A model generated the notes under the pieces. The model searched no databases. It was not told where the DNA came from and worked only from the letters and a program-made list of their open reading frames with translations. The position numbers and the translations under genes are program-made. Below, piece after piece: positions 59,130 through 64,000 of a stretch of DNA of 64,000 bases (position 1 is its first letter; each line of letters opens with the position of its first letter). The stretch is from NCBI GenBank assembly GCA_038087875.1, contig CM075991.1, positions 11,906,001 through 11,970,000 of the forward strand. Direction: 5' to 3'. Origin of the DNA: Malacoraja senta. Taxonomy: Eukaryota.

Positions 59130-59712
59130 CAGATGATTGACACTGAGATCGACCAATGCAGCTCGGCGGCGGGCAGCATCTGACCAATGGGAGACGGTGG
59201 GCGGGATGAGCAGGTGATTAACACTGAGATTGACCAATGCAGCTGGGCGCCGGGCAGCAGCGGGCCAATGGGAGCAGGCGGGGGGCGGAATATGTAGGTG
59301 ATTGACACTGAGATCGACCAATGCAGCTCGGTGCCGGAGAGCAGCGGGCCAATGGGAGCAGGCGGGGGGCGGGATGTGCAGGTGATTGACACTGAGGTCG
59401 ACCAATGTAGCTCGGCGCCGGACAGCAGCGGGCCAATGGGAGCAGGTGGGGGGCGGGATATGTAGGTGATTGACATGGAGATCAACCAATGGCAGCTCGG
59501 CGCCTGGCAGCAGCCGGCCAATGGGAGCAGGCTGGGGCGGAATATGTAGGTGATTGACACGGAGATCGACCAATGGCAGCTCGGCGCCTGGCAGCAGCCG
59601 GCCAATGGGAGCAGGCGGGGGCGGGATATATAGGTGATTGACACGGAGATCGACCAATGGCGGCTCGGCGCCTGGCAGCAGCCGGCCAATGGGAGCGGGC
59701 GGGGGGCGGGAG
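59130..59712 (+). repeat. 84-bp minisatellite, about 7 units, in the WBP1 promoter
   Basis: YAGGTGATT anchors at 59211, 59295, 59379, 59463, 59547, 59631 (exact 84-bp period), plus a degenerate unit at 59130. Confidence 0.95.
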
Positions 59713-59798
59713 CTGGGGGGTGATGGCGGTTGGGGCGGCGGAGACGCGACGGGCAACGGGCAATAAATGAGCGCGGAGGGCGGCCGAGCGCCGGTGAC

Positions 59799-59882
59799 AT
59801 GGAGAAGATGATAGTCGGCTTCCTCCTCTTCATTTCCCCGGCTTTTCCAGTCGGCCCATCGCGGATGGAGCTGCAGGCTGAG
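59799..59882 (+). CDS. WBP1: WBP1 probable first coding exon (signal-peptide-like)
   Basis: MEKMIVGFLLFISPAFPVGPSRMELQAE in a CpG island; phase-0 donor GTACGG joins in frame to the 63583 exon. Confidence 0.75.
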
Positions 59883-60065
59883 GTACGGCGGGCCGGGGCC
59901 GGACGCGGGGCCTACGGGAGGCTTCGGCAGGCGGTCTAGGCCGCGGGGGGCGGCGGCAGTGAATGGGAGAGGCGCGGAGGGAGCTCTACCCGGAGCCCCG
60001 GCTCCTCAGGCCCAGGGTGCTTGGAAATACCCACCGAAAGCTTGTCCCGAGGCCTGGAAGCGAGA

Positions 60066-60388
60066 TGTGTGTATGTATGTATATGTATATGTATATGTGT
60101 GTGTCTATATGTATGTATGTATGTGTATATGTATGTATGTGTATATGTATGTATGTGTATATGTGTATGTATGTGTATATGTGTATGTGTATATGTATGT
60201 ATGTGTATATGTCTGTATGTATGTGTATATGTCTGTATGTATGTGTATATGTCTGTATGTATGTGTATATATGTGTATATATGTGTATATGTATGTATGT
60301 GTATATGTGTCTATGTATGTGTGTGTATATGTCTGTGTATATATATGTATGTGTCTGTGTATATATATGTATGTGTGTATATGTATGT
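60066..60388. repeat. (TATG/TG)n compound microsatellite in WBP1 intron 1
   Basis: Directly visible. Confidence 0.95.
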
Positions 60389-63300
60389 TCTGCTTGCTAC
60401 TGCACAACTGCCAACAGCTGGGCTATTACGTGCAGGTTTGTATATGCATGTGTGTACATATGTGTGTGTGTGTATATGCACTTTTTTCTTGTTTACTTGT
60501 CTATCTGGGACATATGACAATAAAACACTCTTGACTCTCTTGAGATGCTCAACCCCTGTGGGGGCAGCAGCCATTGGGTGTCAAAGTTATGGCATCTGCA
60601 AATGGTGCTGTTTCTTTACAGTGAGCAGTATCTTGTTTCTGTGTCTGAAGAAGGGTTTCGACCCGAAACTTTACCTATTTCCTTCGCTCCATAGATGCTG
60701 CTGCACCCGCTGAGTTTCTCCAGCATTTTTGTGTACCTTCGATTTTCCAGCATCTGCAGTTCCTTCTTTAACATCTTGTTTCTGTGTGTAGGAGGGAACT
60801 GCAGTTGCTGGTTTACACCGATGGTAGACACAAAATGCTGGAGTAACTCAGCAGGGCAGGTAGCATCTCGGGAGTGAGGGAATAGGCGTGGTCTGAAGAA
60901 ATGTCACTCATTCCTTCTATCCAGCGATGTTGCACTGTCACAGGTGGGGCAGGAGGTGGTTGTAAGATTTGTTCCACTATTTATGCCAAAACTTGATATT
61001 TCAGAAGGAAAATATATTTATCCACTATATCAAGCACTCTGTGTCCATATGCCTCAGTAGGACACAGCAGATCCTTTGCTATGGCAAGTTAATAGGAGAC
61101 AAACTGCTGTATTAACTCAATGGGTCAGTCAGCATCTCTGGAGAACATGGATGGGTGACTTTTATTATGCAAACCTGTATTTACTAAACTTTCATTATGT
61201 AAACCTGCCTTGTTTCTACATGATGCCAAGTTAAACAAATTTCCTCTGCTGACACAAGGAGCAGCAGATGCTGGTTTATATTTAAAAAAACAAAATGCTG
61301 GATAACTCAGTAGGTCAGGTGGCATTTTTGGAGGATGTGCGTAATCTCCCCTTCTTGTAGCTCCTCCGTATCCCTCTGTACTCTATCTAAAAGCCTCTTA
61401 AATGCCCACATTGTATCTGGTTCCATAACTACTCCTGGCAGCATATTTCAGGAACACATCATTCGTTAACAAAAAACTTGTCCTCGCATCTGTTTAAACT
61501 TGCCCCCTTTTACCTAAAAACTATGCTCTCTGGTCTTTGACATTTCACAATTTCCTAATTGTTTATTTCAAAATTGTGACTTTAAATGTACTTTCATAAA
61601 GGAGAAAACGTTTAATAGTGACGAGTACCAAGAAGGCTATTCTAGCATCAAATAGGATGAGGGCTAGTGGGTACAAGGGATGGTCACAGCCTGCGGTTTC
61701 CCCCACAAATTATACACCATTCTGGCTTGGAGGTATTTCTGCTACTTCCATTACTGCTGGGTCTGAATCCAGAACCTACCTACCCAGCTGCCAAGTGCAC
61801 TCAAGGGCAAGTTGAGTTGGACACAAATACTGGCCTTGTCACCAATGCCTATATTTTGAAAATCAATGGAACAAATGCACTTTAAAAGTATATGGCAGGC
61901 TAATGGGTCTTAAGAATTTTTCCGCACACTGTTGTTTTTTAAATATAGCAGAACATCATAAGGAATTGGAAGGAGCATAACCCCCAAAAATTAGATTTGG
62001 AACCGTGTAATAAACAGTGCAGAAAATTAGTGTAATTTTTAAGGTGTGTTTTTGAGGGGAGAAGGGATTCGGAGGGAATTGGCAAAATTAGGGTGTTGTC
62101 ATTTAAAAGAACAGGGATGGTAGATCAATAGAATTAGGAATACAGAAGAAGCTGATGGGGCAGATGCTGAGTTGTTTTTTCTCAGGTGCAGACTCTTGAA
62201 TTACAGGTCATAATTAGAGGATAAGATGGCAATAATTAAAGACAGATGATAAAGGGAATGTTCTCGACTTCCAATTTATTTTTAAAAAATAAATTAAAAA
62301 AAAATGTTTTAAACCAAATGTTTGTAGGTTCTCTTTTCTTGCCTGATCCACAATGGAATTGAGTTGGGGCCTGAAGGAAATTGACAGATATGAAAGTCGA
62401 GTTACTGGTGAAGTTCCTGTTGACTTGTGGAGCAATCTTGATGGATAAATAGTTTGCTCCTGCCATTATGTATGTCTCTGAGATCTAAGACAGGAAAAGT
62501 GAAAACATTGCATTGGATCTCTGTTTCAACTTGGGACCAATCTAGCATTCCGATTCTGAATTGTTTTCAAGCTACTCTACTTGAAGTGTGTGTTTTCTTT
62601 TAATGCTGTCAGTGTATTGCCTCCTTAATTATACTTGATTATCTCTAATGGGCAGGCCAACTATTTGCATGCCTGATAGCAGACTCCTGAAATAGACATT
62701 TTATTCTGAGCTATGACACGGGAAGAAATGACCAGGTGGATGCAGCAAATGACGTGCAAATATTTTCCAAGTCGCCTTGCCGAAAGTCACATTCCTACTG
62801 ATCAGTGTGGGTTTACCCATCATCCCAATACTGCTTTAAAAAGAGCATTCAGGAAGGTGTTGAGAGCCTCAAAATAATTTGCTCTGAGTGCACAGAAGCC
62901 TAACATAAATAGTGGAACAAATCTTCCAACCACCTCCTACCCCACCTGTGACTGCAACTCTTGGAACCAAGGGACTGATTGGCTGTTTCTTCATTAAACG
63001 ACATATAAATGCTTCTTTTGTGATGGTTATTGTTACCTGTAGATTAGGACGACCTAGCATATGATGGAGAGTATTTGAGATAAATGTATTTTCCTTCTGA
63101 AATGAAATCTGAGCAGTGGTGTGGTGTACCACTGGGCAGCCATCTTAAGTTATATATAGAGGATCACTTAAGTTATATATAGAGCAGTGTTTGATGAACT
63201 TGTTGAAGTAATTTAATCATGGTTGTGATGCCGAGTAAATATCAGCAGAGCCCAGGGATAAAATTACTGCTCTGATCTTACGGATGTTTAGGAGGGTCTC

Positions 63301-63582
63301 GACCCGAAACGTCACCCATTCCTTCGTTCCAGGGATGCTACATGACCCGCTGAGTTACTCCAGCATTTTGTGTCGACCTTTTTCAAGTCTGCCATCATTT
63401 CAGGCTTCTTTGAAGACCCTTCTTTAGACTCTTTTCTGAATACATTAAAGTAGAAACTACTTGGGTGGATTTGGAATTCCTTTGGGGGTTTTGTTTAATT
63501 AGCTACTTTTCACCATCTTTACCATTTCATTTCTTCCTTTTGACTGAGTCGATGTGTATTGTGAACTGTTTTTATTCTTTAG

Positions 63583-63747
<165 letters not shown>

Positions 63748-64000
63748 TGAGCAAAGTTAAGGAAGATCGCAGAACGTTAGCCCCATTTCAGGGCAAGGCA
63801 TACAATACTTCAGTCAGTAGTTGTTGCACAGGTTGCTTAAGTGAGTTATTGCTACCCCTGCACAGTGTTTCAGTTCCTTCACTCCGTGCATCCAATGGAA
63901 TTATTTCTACATGTTGTATCCCTGCCATATGCCTCTGAGACAACCGTTATAACGAGAGGCAGTGCCATGTCCTGGATCAAATGGAGAAGCGGGGCATGTC

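Larger units (their letters stand above)
58920..60060 (+). promoter_or_regulatory. WBP1 CpG-island promoter with many CCAAT and GC boxes
   Basis: About 18 CCAAT boxes and several GGGCGG boxes upstream of the ATG at 59799. Confidence 0.8.

Noticed and set aside
59112..59833. Pro-rich repetitive minus-strand ORFs of 214 and 235 aa
   Set aside because: Products of the GC-rich 84-bp (multiple-of-3) promoter repeat; no recognisable protein.

Overview
Repeat-rich vertebrate genomic DNA, most likely from a cartilaginous fish (ray/skate-like; inferred from HE1/V-SINE-like SINEs and HER1/CR1-like LINEs). Three protein-coding genes can be supported. (1) A minus-strand cGMP-dependent protein kinase I-beta-like gene, traced through 13 consecutive in-frame GT-AG exons (39350 to 7698, 512 codons); its last kinase exons are missing before a 200-N scaffold gap at 6536-6735. 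(2) The terminal exon of a minus-strand Dickkopf gene with DKK4-type residues (4954-5207). (3) The first two coding exons of plus-strand WBP1. The rest is CR1-, Rex1/Babar-, Tx1-, L1-, RTE- and Penelope-type retroelement fragments, tRNA-derived SINEs, one TIR element with an 8-bp TSD, and satellites. Most notable: a compact PKG I-like paralog with an altered CNB-B cGMP pocket and two expanded REST/RE1 sites upstream, a helically phased 84-bp CCAAT/GC-box array at the WBP1 promoter, Penelope-associated minimal hammerhead motifs, and a P/hAT-like MITE.
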